From Actinomycetales bacterium (GTDB lineage: Bacteria; Actinomycetota; Actinomycetes; Actinomycetales; CAVURS01), in contig JBJMHS010000089.1 of the NCBI GenBank assembly GCA_045807245.1, positions 1-44,123 on the forward strand: DNA of 44,123 bases. The letters run 5' to 3'. The notes under the pieces are model-generated. The model made no database searches, had not been told where the DNA came from, and was given only the letters and a program-made list of their open reading frames with translations. Positions 9,007 to 18,554 of this stretch are shown here, piece by piece. Numbering within the stretch: the stretch's first letter is position 1; the number at the start of each line of letters is the position of its first letter. The translations under genes were made by a program, and so were the position numbers.

Positions 9007-11763
9007 ATGCCCTCTCCTGCCGAGCGGTTCGCCGCTGCGCGGGACCGGGCGGCGCTGGCTCGCTCCGAGCTCGCGACGTTCCGCGCCGGCCTGGACTTCG
9101 AGCTGGACCCCTTCCAGGTGCGGGCCGCGCAGGCCCTCGAAGCCGGCCGCGGAGTCCTGGTCGCGGCGCCGACCGGGTCGGGCAAGACCGTCGTCGGCGA
9201 GTTCGCAGTGCACCTGGCGATCACCCAGGGCAGCAAGGCCTTCTACACCACACCGATCAAGGCCCTGTCCAACCAGAAGTACACCGACCTGGTGCGCCGG
9301 TACGGCGCGGACTCGGTCGGCCTGCTGACCGGTGACGTCTCGGTCAACGGCGAGGCGCCGGTCGTCGTCATGACCACCGAGGTGCTGCGCAACATGCTGT
9401 ACGCCGGCTCATCGACCCTGGCCGGCCTGGGCTACGTCGTCATGGACGAGGTGCACTACCTGGCCGACCGGTTCCGCGGGGCGGTGTGGGAGGAGGTCAT
9501 CATCCACCTGGCTGAGGACGTCCGGGTCGTCTCACTGTCGGCGACGGTGAGCAACGCCGAAGAGTTCGGCGACTGGCTGGACACGGTCCGCGGCGACACC
9601 GAGGTCATCGTCGAGGAGCACCGCCCGGTGCCGCTGTGGCAGCACGTCATCGTGCGCGATCGGCTGATGGACCTGTTCGAGCTCCCGGACGACGGCGACC
9701 CGCGTGGCGCGGTGGACGTCAGCGCGGAGCTGGTGGCGACAGTGCGCGAGCAGGAGCGACGCCTGCGCGAGTCGCGCTATGCGACCCGGGCGGCGCGCGG
9801 GCGCGGACGCCGCCAGACGTCCTCGCTGGGCGGGTCGGGTCGGCGGGGTGGCCATGGCGGGCCCGGGCGGCCGGAGGTCGTCGAGCGGCTGGAGCGGTCC
9901 GGCCTGCTGCCGGCCATCACCTTCATCTTCAGCCGGGCCGGGTGCGACGCGGCCGTGCAACAGTGCCTGCGCTGGGGCCTCCGGCTGACCACACCCGAGG
10001 AGGCACGGACGATCCGCGAGTACGCCGAGGAGCACACCGCCGACATCGGCGAGCCGGACCTGGCGGTGCTGGGGTACTGGGAATGGCTGGACGGCCTGGA
10101 GCACGGCCTGGCTGCGCACCACGCCGGGCTCCTGCCGGTCTTCAAGGAGGTCGTGGAGGCGCTCTTCACGCGCGGACTGATCAAGGCCGTGTTCGCCACC
10201 GAGACCCTGGCGCTGGGCATCAACATGCCGGCCAAGTCCGTCGTGCTCGAGCGGCTGGTCAAGTGGAACGGCGAGACCCACGCGGACATCACGCCGGGGG
10301 AGTACACGCAGCTGACCGGGCGGGCCGGGCGGCGAGGCATCGACGTCGAAGGGCATGCAGTCGTGCTCTGGCAGCCGGGAGTTGACCCGGTAGCTGTCGC
10401 CGGTCTGGCCTCGACCCGGACCTACCCGTTGCGCTCGAGCTTCCGGCCGACGTACAACATGGCCGTCAACCTGGTCGACCAGGTCGGCCGCGAACGGGCC
10501 CGGGAGATCCTGGAGACGTCCTTCGCGCAGTTCCAGGCCGACCGCGCGGTCGTGGGGCTGGCCCGGCAGGTGCGGCGCAACACCGAGGCGCTCGAGGGCT
10601 ACCGCGCGGCGATGACGTGCGACCGCGGAGACTTCGAGCAGTACGCCGCGCTGCGCCGGGCCATCAAGGACCGGGAGAACAGCCTGGCGCGCGGGCGGTC
10701 CGCGTCCCGTCGGGCCGAGGCCGCGGCGAGCCTGGAGACGCTGCGGATCGGTGACGTGATCCGGGTGCCGACCGGGCGTCGCGCCGGCTATGCCGTGGTC
10801 GTCGTGCCCGACCGGACGGTGGGGCTGGACGGGCCGCGGCCGACGTTGCTGACCGCCGACCGGCAGGTCCGCAAGATCGCTGCCGTCGACCTCCCGGGAC
10901 CGGTCGAGACGGTGGCACGGGTGCGCGTCCCGAAGGACTTCAACGCGCGCAGCCCGCAGTCCCGGCGCGACCTCGCGTCGACCCTGCGCGCCGCGGTGCC
11001 GCACGACCCGCCGCCCGGTCGTCGCGGTGGGCCGCCGGTGGACGAGGACGCTGAGCTGGCCCGGCTGCGGCGCGAGCTGCGGGCCCACCCCTGCCACTCC
11101 TGCCCGGACCGCGAGGACCATGCGCGTTGGGCCGAGCGGTGGAGCCGGCTCACGGCCGAGACCGACGCACTGACTCGTCGGGTCGAAGGCCGGACGAACT
11201 CGGTCGCGCGGACCTTCGACCGGGTGTGCGAGCTGCTGGGCGAGCTGGGTTACCTCCACGGCGATCAGGTCACGCCGGAGGGGCAGCGGCTGCGCCGGCT
11301 CTACACCGAGCTCGACCTGCTGGCGGCCGAGTGCCTGCGGGCCGGTGTCTGGGACGCGCTCGACGGGCCGGGCCTGGCCAGCGTGCTGTCCGCGCTGGTG
11401 CACGAGCCGCGCCGCGAGGAGCAGGGCGTCACGCCGCGCGTGCCGGGCGGTGCCGTCGAGACGGCCTTGCGCGAGATGGTGCGGATCTGGGCCGCCCTCG
11501 AGGATCGCGAACGCGACCACCGGCTGCCGCTCTCCGGCGAGCCCGATGCCGGGCTGGCCTGGGCGATGCACCGCTGGGCTCGAGGCCAGTCGCTGGAGAC
11601 GGTGCTCCGCGACACCGACCTCGCGGCGGGCGACTTCGTGCGGAGGTGCAAGCAGCTGGTCGACCTGCTCGGTCAGGTCGCCGAGGCGTCGTCCGGGCCG
11701 GTGCACCGCGCAGCCGAGGACGCGATCGAGCGGGTCCGCCGCGGCGTCGTCGCCTCCAACTAG
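9007..11763 (+). CDS. helY: Ski2-like DEAD/DEAH-box RNA helicase HelY
   Basis: APTGSGKT, DEVH, SAT, ATETLALGINMPA and QLTGRAGRRG, with a C-terminal AGDFVR. -10-like TAGCCT 6 nt before the ATG. Confidence 0.93.
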   Translation: MPSPAERFAAARDRAALARSELATFRAGLDFELDPFQVRAAQALEAGRGVLVAAPTGSGKTVVGEFAVHLAITQGSKAFYTTPIKALSNQKYTDLVRRYGADSVGLLTGDVSVNGEAPVVVMTTEVLRNMLYAGSSTLAGLGYVVMDEVHYLADRFRGAVWEEVIIHLAEDVRVVSLSATVSNAEEFGDWLDTVRGDTEVIVEEHRPVPLWQHVIVRDRLMDLFELPDDGDPRGAVDVSAELVATVREQERRLRESRYATRAARGRGRRQTSSLGGSGRRGGHGGPGRPEVVERLERSGLLPAITFIFSRAGCDAAVQQCLRWGLRLTTPEEARTIREYAEEHTADIGEPDLAVLGYWEWLDGLEHGLAAHHAGLLPVFKEVVEALFTRGLIKAVFATETLALGINMPAKSVVLERLVKWNGETHADITPGEYTQLTGRAGRRGIDVEGHAVVLWQPGVDPVAVAGLASTRTYPLRSSFRPTYNMAVNLVDQVGRERAREILETSFAQFQADRAVVGLARQVRRNTEALEGYRAAMTCDRGDFEQYAALRRAIKDRENSLARGRSASRRAEAAASLETLRIGDVIRVPTGRRAGYAVVVVPDRTVGLDGPRPTLLTADRQVRKIAAVDLPGPVETVARVRVPKDFNARSPQSRRDLASTLRAAVPHDPPPGRRGGPPVDEDAELARLRRELRAHPCHSCPDREDHARWAERWSRLTAETDALTRRVEGRTNSVARTFDRVCELLGELGYLHGDQVTPEGQRLRRLYTELDLLAAECLRAGVWDALDGPGLASVLSALVHEPRREEQGVTPRVPGGAVETALREMVRIWAALEDRERDHRLPLSGEPDAGLAWAMHRWARGQSLETVLRDTDLAAGDFVRRCKQLVDLLGQVAEASSGPVHRAAEDAIERVRRGVVASN

Positions 11764-11789
11764 CCTCCGCCCGTGCTCCCCGCCTCGCG

Positions 11790-11857
11790 CGGTGCTCCCC
11801 GTAGCCCGGTGAACCAGCGCTGATCGGACCTTGATCACCGGGCTGCGGGGAGCACCG
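11790..11857. terminator. Long inverted repeat between convergent helY and exonuclease genes (bidirectional terminator or REP-like element)
   Basis: CGGTGCTCCCCGTAGCCCGGTGA (11790-11812) pairs with TCACCGGGCTGCGGGGAGCACCG (11835-11857): 23 bp with one G-U pair. Confidence 0.7.
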
Positions 11858-11886
11858 GCCGCCGCGGAGGGCCGGGGGTGGGCGTA

Positions 11887-12819
11887 CTAGGCCTGGAGGG
11901 CGGCGAGGACGCGGTTGACGCTGGACCGGACGCCCCACTGGTCGGCCAGCTCGGCCAGCCTCGGTACGTCGGCCGGTTCCGCGGGCAGCGCGTCGTCCAG
12001 CTCTACGACGGGCGCGGCTCGGGCGACCTGGACCACGACAGCGGCCGCCTCGAGGTAGTCCTCGGCGGCCATGATCTTCTTGGCCAGGCCTGGGGCGATG
12101 CGTGGGTCGCCCGCTGCGGCCGCCGCCCGGACCGCGACCAGGTCCGGGAACTTGGTCAGCAGGCCGGCTGCCGACTTCTCGCCCACGCCCGCGACACCGG
12201 GCAGGCCGTCGCTCGGGTCTCCGCGCAGCGTCGCCAGGTCGGCGTAGGCGCGGCCGGAGCCGACGCCGTACCTGCGCTCCAGCCACTTCTCGTCGACCAC
12301 CTCGAGGTTCCGCACGCCACGGCCCACATACAGGACGGTGACCTGGCGCGCGTCGTCGACCAGCTGGAACAGGTCCCGGTCGCCCGTGACCACCTCGACC
12401 GGCCCGTCGCCGGCGGCAGCGGCTCGCTCGGCCAGAGCCCCGATGACGTCATCCGCCTCGTAACCGGGGCAGCCCACCCGCGCGATGCCGAGGGCTGCCA
12501 GCAGGTCGACGATGATCGGCACCTGGATCTCCAGAGCCGCCGGCACGATCTCCGCGACCGTGCTGCCGCTGGCCAGCCGGTGCGTCTTGTACGACGGGAC
12601 CGCGGCAACGCGGAACTCCGGCCGCCAGTCCTCGTCCCAGCACGCGACGAGCCGCTGCGGCCGCCGCATGGTTACGAGCGTCGCGATCATGTCCAGGAAA
12701 CCGCGGACCGCGTTGACCTGCGTGCCGTCCGGCGCCTTGAACGAGTCCGGCACCCCGAAGAACGCCCGGAAGTACAGCGACGCCGAGTCCAGGAGCATCA
12801 GCTTGCGGGTGTCAGGCAC
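11887..12819 (-). CDS. 5'-3' exonuclease (flap endonuclease-like, homologous to the PolA N-terminal domain)
   Basis: LLDSASLYFRAF, YKTHR, EADDVIG, VTGDRDLFQL and LRGDPSDGLPGV. Start placed at GTG 12819 rather than the ORF-track start. Confidence 0.92.
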   Translation of the reverse strand: MPDTRKLMLLDSASLYFRAFFGVPDSFKAPDGTQVNAVRGFLDMIATLVTMRRPQRLVACWDEDWRPEFRVAAVPSYKTHRLASGSTVAEIVPAALEIQVPIIVDLLAALGIARVGCPGYEADDVIGALAERAAAAGDGPVEVVTGDRDLFQLVDDARQVTVLYVGRGVRNLEVVDEKWLERRYGVGSGRAYADLATLRGDPSDGLPGVAGVGEKSAAGLLTKFPDLVAVRAAAAAGDPRIAPGLAKKIMAAEDYLEAAAVVVQVARAAPVVELDDALPAEPADVPRLAELADQWGVRSSVNRVLAALQA

Positions 12820-13021
12820 CCCCGCATCCTTCCAGCCGGAGCTGAGGCGCCGGGACTTGCCCGCCGCCGGCGTACGTGACGGACTCCACTGAGATGGAGG
12901 TGCTCCCCGCCCCGCACCGGGTGTGCGAGGCTTCCTCCGGCGATCCTGTCCAGACATGAGGCAGCACTGCTGCTCGAGCTCGGTGCAGCGGTGAGCGCCG
13001 GACGGGCGATGGGGGAGGGCA

Positions 13022-16000
13022 GTGGGCCGCTGGAGGTCGAGACGGGTCGCGGTGGCGGCCGGCGTCGCCGTTGCGACATGCGCCGCCCTCGCGGCAGTGA
13101 CCCTCACCGGCGGAGGTGGCCCCGACGGGCGTCCGGGCCTGGCCGCCGGAGGGACCGCGCCGCCCGCTGCGCCGACCGCCGCGCCGGCCGGGCAGCGGCC
13201 CGGCTCCCGTGACTCGTCCCGAGGGACCGGAGCACCGGCCGCGCCAGGGACGGCGAAGGCACCGACCGACCTGGACGTACGGCGGCCGCAGGGCAGCGCC
13301 GCGCTCAACCGGGCCGAGCAACGCTCCGCCCAGCTCAAGGCCAGGCCGGCCGCCCGGCGGCTGGCCGCCTCCCTTGGCCCTCAGGGCATCCTCGACATCG
13401 ACCCCCTCACGGGTACGCCCCGACAGGTCGAGCGGCTGGACGGCCTGCTCACGGCGGCCAGCCGGAACAGGGCGTCGGTCGTGGCGCTCGGCTACGTGCG
13501 CGCCCACGCTGCCGCCTTCGGGCTCGACGACATCGACATCGACGGCCTGCACCTGGACCGCGACTACGTCGACATCCTCGGCACGCACCACCTCTCGTAC
13601 ACGCAGAGCGCCGACGGGGTCACCTTGTTCGGCAACGGGCTGCGGGCCAACGTCACCAAGAGCGGCCGGCTGGTCAACGTCACCGGCTCGCCGGTGCATG
13701 CACTGTCGGCCGGCCTGCGTCGCACGCCGACGGCGACCGGTGGTCAGAGCCTGTCCGCGGGCGCAGCCGTACGGTCCGCCAAGCGCGCAGCCGGGGAGGC
13801 GTCGCTCACGCGCGGACGCGACGACACCGCGGGCCGAGTGCTGTTCGAGACGGCCGACGGGCCGCGCCCGGCCTGGCAGGTCGTGGCCATGGACGCGCGG
13901 AACCCCGCGCTCAGCGTGGTCGACGCCGAGACCGGCGCCGTGCTCTACCGCGACCTCCTCGGGTCCGACCTGGCGAGCACACCCACGCCGTACACCGCGA
14001 AGGTCTGGTCGAGCTATCCGCAGCCGGCGCCGGCCGGTCCCGGCGGCGTGGCTCAGACCGTGACGCTCACCGCGAACGGCTGGCTGTCCGCGGGCGCGCA
14101 GGCGCTGGACGGCAACAACGTCCACACGTTCATGGATGTCGACGGGACCGACACCGTCGCCTCCAGCGAGGAGGTGCGGCCGACCGGCTCGGGCGGCTAC
14201 GGCTTCACACTCCACCCGGTCATGGTGGCCGGCTCGGACTGTACGACGACGATCTGCACCTGGGTGCCCAGCACGGCGTACTCCTGGCAGGCCAACAGCA
14301 ACGCCGCCCGCACGGCCACGCAGAACTTCTACTTCATCAACGTCTGGCACGACCACCTGCAGAGCTCGCCCATCGGTTTCACGGAGGCGGCGGGCAACTT
14401 CGAGAAGGTCAACTCCAGCGGTCAGGGCAAGGGCGGGGACGCCGTGCGCGACGAGGCCCTGTCGGGGGCGGCGGTCAGCGCCGGCAAGCCGGCCGTCGGC
14501 TACTCGAACAACGCCGACTTCGCGACGCCGCCGGACGGGCAGGCACCCACGATGCGGATGTTCCTGTTCAAGCCGGCGACCGGGGAGCCGTTCCTGCCCG
14601 TGGCCGGGTCGGACAGCGCAGACATCGTGTACCACGAGTACACCCACGGACTGTCGCACCGGCTCGTCGTCGACTCCACGGGCAGCCCCGCCCTCGACTC
14701 GTCGCAAGGTGAGTCGATGGGTGAGGCCTGGAGCGACTGGTACGGCCTGGAGTACCTGGTCGACAACAGCGCGACGACGGGAGTCACCGACAGCGCGGGC
14801 TCGCCGGATGTCGTCGAGGGCCGCTACGTGCTCGGACCGACCAGCCAGACCGGGATCCGCAGCGAGCCGATCGACTGCCCGGTCGGCTCGAACGCGCCGG
14901 CGTGTGCCGGGATCGCCACCACCGGGGGCGGCGGATACACCTACGGCGATCTGCGGACGATCTGGAACCGCACCCTGGGCGACGTCCACGCGGCGGGCGA
15001 GATCTGGGGCCAGACGCTGTGGGACCTGCGCGGCGCGATGATCTCGGCATACGGTCCGGTGGCCGGCCCGCAGCGCGCCGAGTCGCTGGTGACCCGGGCG
15101 ATGGAGCTGTCACCGACGTACCCGTCGATGCTCGACATGCGCAACGCGATCCTGGCCGCCGACCAGGCGAACTACGGCGGGGCCGATGTCGCCGCCCTGT
15201 GGACGGTGTTCGCCAGCCGCGGCATGGGCTTCTTCGCCTCGAGCCGTGGCGGCGACGACCTGCAGCCGGTCGAGGACTTCACGCCGGCACCCGCGAACGG
15301 CAGTCCGACGGGCAGCCTGGCGGGCACGGTTTTCAACTCCGCCGGTGGTGCGCCGCTGACCGGTGTCGTCGTTGCGGTCTCGGGACACGACTCGGGCTTC
15401 CCGGGCGACTACGTCGCGACCACCGATGCCAACGGGCACTACGCCATGGCGGGACTGGTTCCCGGCACGTACCCGTCGTTCTACGTCGCTGGCGGCGTCA
15501 TCGCGCCGCCGCGCAGCCTGACCATCGTGGCGGGTGGCAATGTGCAGAGCTGGACGGTCGCCCGTGACTGGGCGGCGACCGCCGGAGGCGCGCGCGTCGT
15601 CGACTTCACCGGCGTGGACCTGACGAGCAGCGGCTGCGGACCGTCGGCCGGCTTCGACCTGTCACAGGCGAGTGGGTGGGCCAGCGACCTGAGCGAGGGT
15701 GCGCCGTACGTCGTGGTGAAGCTGCCGAACCCGGTCGACGTCACGAGCTTCGCGCTCGACCCGAGCAACATCTGCGGCGACGGCCCGCCGGCTGGTCTCA
15801 AGTCCTACCGGATCGAGACGTCGCCCGACGGCGTGACCTGGACGACGGCGACGAGCGGCTCGTTCGGCGCCTCGAACATGGACAAGCTCAACGTCCTGAC
15901 CCCCGGATCGCCGCCGACGGCGGTGCGCTGGGTCCGGCTGGTCATGCTGTCGTCGCAGGTGTCCGGCCAGGACTTCATCGACATGGCCGAGCTCGAGGTG

Positions 16001-16108
16001 TTCGGACCCCAGTCGCCCGGTCTGCCCCGCGACGACCACCAGGGCGGCGGTGCGACCGGGACGGTCCTGGGCGGCGCACCTGGCCAGCTGGCGCCTCTCC
16101 CGCGCTAG
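13022..16108 (+). CDS. Secreted M36 (fungalysin-family) metallopeptidase with propeptide, carboxypeptidase-regulatory-like and discoidin-like C-terminal domains
   Basis: N-terminal RSRR plus hydrophobic signal; GFTEAAGNF, NNADFATPPDG, HEYTH zinc motif, MGEAWSDW, VHAAGEIW and RNAILAAD; C-terminal YRIETSPDGVTW...AELEVFG. Start uncertain. Confidence 0.85.
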   Translation: MGRWRSRRVAVAAGVAVATCAALAAVTLTGGGGPDGRPGLAAGGTAPPAAPTAAPAGQRPGSRDSSRGTGAPAAPGTAKAPTDLDVRRPQGSAALNRAEQRSAQLKARPAARRLAASLGPQGILDIDPLTGTPRQVERLDGLLTAASRNRASVVALGYVRAHAAAFGLDDIDIDGLHLDRDYVDILGTHHLSYTQSADGVTLFGNGLRANVTKSGRLVNVTGSPVHALSAGLRRTPTATGGQSLSAGAAVRSAKRAAGEASLTRGRDDTAGRVLFETADGPRPAWQVVAMDARNPALSVVDAETGAVLYRDLLGSDLASTPTPYTAKVWSSYPQPAPAGPGGVAQTVTLTANGWLSAGAQALDGNNVHTFMDVDGTDTVASSEEVRPTGSGGYGFTLHPVMVAGSDCTTTICTWVPSTAYSWQANSNAARTATQNFYFINVWHDHLQSSPIGFTEAAGNFEKVNSSGQGKGGDAVRDEALSGAAVSAGKPAVGYSNNADFATPPDGQAPTMRMFLFKPATGEPFLPVAGSDSADIVYHEYTHGLSHRLVVDSTGSPALDSSQGESMGEAWSDWYGLEYLVDNSATTGVTDSAGSPDVVEGRYVLGPTSQTGIRSEPIDCPVGSNAPACAGIATTGGGGYTYGDLRTIWNRTLGDVHAAGEIWGQTLWDLRGAMISAYGPVAGPQRAESLVTRAMELSPTYPSMLDMRNAILAADQANYGGADVAALWTVFASRGMGFFASSRGGDDLQPVEDFTPAPANGSPTGSLAGTVFNSAGGAPLTGVVVAVSGHDSGFPGDYVATTDANGHYAMAGLVPGTYPSFYVAGGVIAPPRSLTIVAGGNVQSWTVARDWAATAGGARVVDFTGVDLTSSGCGPSAGFDLSQASGWASDLSEGAPYVVVKLPNPVDVTSFALDPSNICGDGPPAGLKSYRIETSPDGVTWTTATSGSFGASNMDKLNVLTPGSPPTAVRWVRLVMLSSQVSGQDFIDMAELEVFGPQSPGLPRDDHQGGGATGTVLGGAPGQLAPLPR

Positions 16109-16118
16109 ATTTCGCCCC

Positions 16119-16559
16119 GTGGAGGCCATGGACCGGCAGATCGTCCGGCTGCTCGCCCAGGACGGGCGGATGAGCTACACCGACCTGGCCAAGGCGACCG
16201 GCCTGTCCACCTCGGCCGCGCACCAGCGGGTCCGCCGGCTCGAGGAGCGCGGCGTCATCCGCGGCTACACGGTGCGGCTGGACGCGGACGCCATCGGGCT
16301 GCCCCTCACGGCGTTCATCTCGGTGAGCCCGCTCGACCCCGCGGCTCCTGACGACGTGGCCGAACGCCTCGCCGCGGTCGACGAGATCGAGGCCTGCCAC
16401 TCGGTCGCCGGCGAGGAGAGCTACATCCTCAAAGCGCGGGTCGCGGCCCCGGGCGACCTGGAGAACCTGCTGGCCCGGGTCCGGGCCGCTGCGAACGTTC
16501 GGACCCGTACGACGATCGTGCTGTCCACGCCGTACGAGGCCCGACCCCCCGCGCTCTGA
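16119..16559 (+). CDS. Lrp/AsnC family transcriptional regulator
   Basis: DRQIVRLLAQDGRMSYTDLA...RVRRLEERGVIRGY and CHSVAGEESY. -10-like TAGATT, overlapping the M36 stop, lies 7 nt before GTG 16119. Confidence 0.93.
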   Translation: MEAMDRQIVRLLAQDGRMSYTDLAKATGLSTSAAHQRVRRLEERGVIRGYTVRLDADAIGLPLTAFISVSPLDPAAPDDVAERLAAVDEIEACHSVAGEESYILKARVAAPGDLENLLARVRAAANVRTRTTIVLSTPYEARPPAL

Positions 16560-16579
16560 CCTCGGCCTACGCTGCCCAC

Positions 16580-16966
16580 ATGTCCAGCGTCGTAAACCAC
16601 ATCACGTTCGACAGCCACGACCCGTTCGCCCAGGCCACCTGGTGGGCGCAGGTGCTGGGTGGCTCGGTGGGGGCGGACGACTTCCCCGGCGACCCGGAGG
16701 CCGCGGTGGCGCCGCCCGACGGAGCGAGCGCGCCGCGGCTGCTGTTCGAGCAGGTCCCCGAGGCCAAGTCGGTCAAGAACCGCGTCCATCTGGACCTGGT
16801 GCCGGACACGACGCGGGAGCAGGAGGTCGCGCGGCTCGTCGGGCTGGGCGCGACCCACGTCGCCGACCACATCCGGCCGGACGGCAAGGGCTGGGTCGTG
16901 CTGGCCGATCCCGAGGGGAACGAGTTCTGCGTCGAGCGCAGCCTGTCCGAACGCGAGACCGGCTAG
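16580..16966 (+). CDS. VOC/glyoxalase family protein
   Basis: KNRVHLDL and WVVLADPEGNEFC; -10-like TACGCT 6 nt before the ATG. Confidence 0.9.
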   Translation: MSSVVNHITFDSHDPFAQATWWAQVLGGSVGADDFPGDPEAAVAPPDGASAPRLLFEQVPEAKSVKNRVHLDLVPDTTREQEVARLVGLGATHVADHIRPDGKGWVVLADPEGNEFCVERSLSERETG

Positions 16967-16980
16967 CCGTCAGCGGGCGG

Positions 16981-18468
16981 TCAGGCGTGGACGGCGTGGC
17001 TGGGCACGGTCTCCAGCGACTGAGCGTGCGCGGCCTCGCGGCTCGCCTTGGCCTGCTCGACGGCGGCCGCGTGCGTCGCCTCCTCGTCGCCATGCTCGCG
17101 CCACCACGACTGACCGGCCTGGCTGAGCGTGTAGATCGGGTCGTAGTACACGTACTCGCGCGAGAGGGCTTCCTCGTCCGTGCTCTCGATCGACGTGCGG
17201 TAGTTCTTGGTCCAGTAGGAGATGCCGCGCTCGGTGTCGTAGGTGTGCACCTGGTGGACCCAGCGCTTGCCGACGAAGGGGACATCGCACACGATGCGCG
17301 GCGTCGCGAACCCGGGCAGGTAGCCCATGATCGAGTGCTGCAGCTCCTGCGCCTCGGCCAGCGACAACCGCCAGTGCTCGGCGAACGGGATCATGTCGCA
17401 CATGTAGAAGTAGTACGGCGTGATGCCGGCCTCGTCCTCGAGCGCGAAGCACAGGTCGAGCAGCTGCTCGGTCGTGTCGTTGACGCCGCGCATCAGCACG
17501 CCCTGGTTGCGGACGTCACGGACGCCGGCGTCGAGCATTGCTCGGGTCGCCTGCGCCACCGCGGGGGTCAGTGACTCGGCGTTGTTGACGTGCGTGTGGA
17601 TGGCGACGTTCACGCCGCGCTCACGGGCGACGTGGCACACCCGACCCACGCCCTCGACGACGTCGTCGGCGAGCCAGTGCTGCGGCAGGCCCATGAGGGC
17701 CTTGGTCGCCAGCCGGATGTCCCGGATCGTGTCGATCTCTAGCAGCCGCATGAGGAACCCCTCGAGGTTCTTCCACGGCATGTTGGCCACGTCGCCGCCG
17801 GAGACGACGACGTCACGGACGCCGGGGTTCTCCTGCAGGTAGGCGATCATGCGGTCCAGGCGGTCGACCGGCTTGAGGCCGAACTTCAGCTTCGGGATGA
17901 CGGGGGTCGAGTTGCCGACGAGGTCCATCCGCGTGCAGTGACCGCAGTACTGCGGGCAGGTGGGCAGCAGCTCGGCCAGCACCTTGGTCGGGTAGCGATG
18001 GGTCAGCCCCTCGACCATCCACATGTCGTGCTCGTGCAGCGAGTCGCGGCTGCTGAACGGGTGGCTCGGCCAGTCGGTACGCCGGTCGCTGAACACCGGC
18101 AGCATGTACAGCCGGACCGGGTCGGCGTAGAACGCCTCGGTGAACTCCGCGCCGGCCTTCGGCAGCGAGCCGTCGTCCCAGACACCCGTCGCCGGCACCA
18201 TTGTGTTGAGCATCTGCGGCGGCAGCAGCATCGACATGGTCGCCCGCTCCGCCTGGTCGCGTTCCAGGTCCTCGTACAACCGGTCCTCGAGCAGGTCGCC
18301 CATCACCTCGCGCAGCTGCTTGACGTTCTTGACGCAGTGCGCGCGCTGCCACTGGGCGCTGGCCCAGTCCTGCGCAGTAACGTCACGCCAGCCCGGCAAG
18401 CGGGTCCAGTCCGGCTCGACCAGCTCGCGGCGGCGGTAGGCGTACGGCTGCTCGATCTTCCGGCTCAT
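16981..18468 (-). CDS. kamA: Lysine 2,3-aminomutase (radical SAM)
   Basis: GLTHRYPTKVL, CPQYCGHCTR (CxxxCxxC), VVVSGGD and NQGVLMRGVND. Start placed at ATG 18468, with TATCGT -10 7 nt upstream. Confidence 0.92.
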   Translation of the reverse strand: MSRKIEQPYAYRRRELVEPDWTRLPGWRDVTAQDWASAQWQRAHCVKNVKQLREVMGDLLEDRLYEDLERDQAERATMSMLLPPQMLNTMVPATGVWDDGSLPKAGAEFTEAFYADPVRLYMLPVFSDRRTDWPSHPFSSRDSLHEHDMWMVEGLTHRYPTKVLAELLPTCPQYCGHCTRMDLVGNSTPVIPKLKFGLKPVDRLDRMIAYLQENPGVRDVVVSGGDVANMPWKNLEGFLMRLLEIDTIRDIRLATKALMGLPQHWLADDVVEGVGRVCHVARERGVNVAIHTHVNNAESLTPAVAQATRAMLDAGVRDVRNQGVLMRGVNDTTEQLLDLCFALEDEAGITPYYFYMCDMIPFAEHWRLSLAEAQELQHSIMGYLPGFATPRIVCDVPFVGKRWVHQVHTYDTERGISYWTKNYRTSIESTDEEALSREYVYYDPIYTLSQAGQSWWREHGDEEATHAAAVEQAKASREAAHAQSLETVPSHAVHA

Positions 18469-18481
18469 GACTGGCACGATA

Positions 18482-18551
18482 GAGGAAGTCCTCAGGCGAA
18501 TCGAGTTCACCGCCGGAAGTTTTCCCGTACGCATCACCCCAGAAGGGAAGT
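18482..18551. promoter_or_regulatory. Three phased GGAAGT boxes (31-bp period) in the kamA/kdd divergent spacer; candidate Lrp/AsnC operator
   Basis: GGAAGT begins at 18484, 18515 and 18546. The first two lie in dyads GAGGA-AG-TCCTC and GGAA-GTT-TTCC. Confidence 0.5.
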
Positions 18552-18554
18552 CTT

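Noticed and set aside
9532..11838. Long antisense and alternate-frame ORFs (e.g. 768 aa here, 725 aa at 12812-14989, 544 aa at 35414-37048)
   Set aside because: Shadow ORFs expected in high-GC DNA; they overlap well-supported genes and have no recognisable motifs.
12820..13338. N-terminal extensions in the ORF track for the exonuclease, kamA, kamD, fxsA, rbpA, AraC, uvrA-like and both oxidases
   Set aside because: Family similarity, RBS or -10 positions and stop/start overlaps all point to downstream starts.
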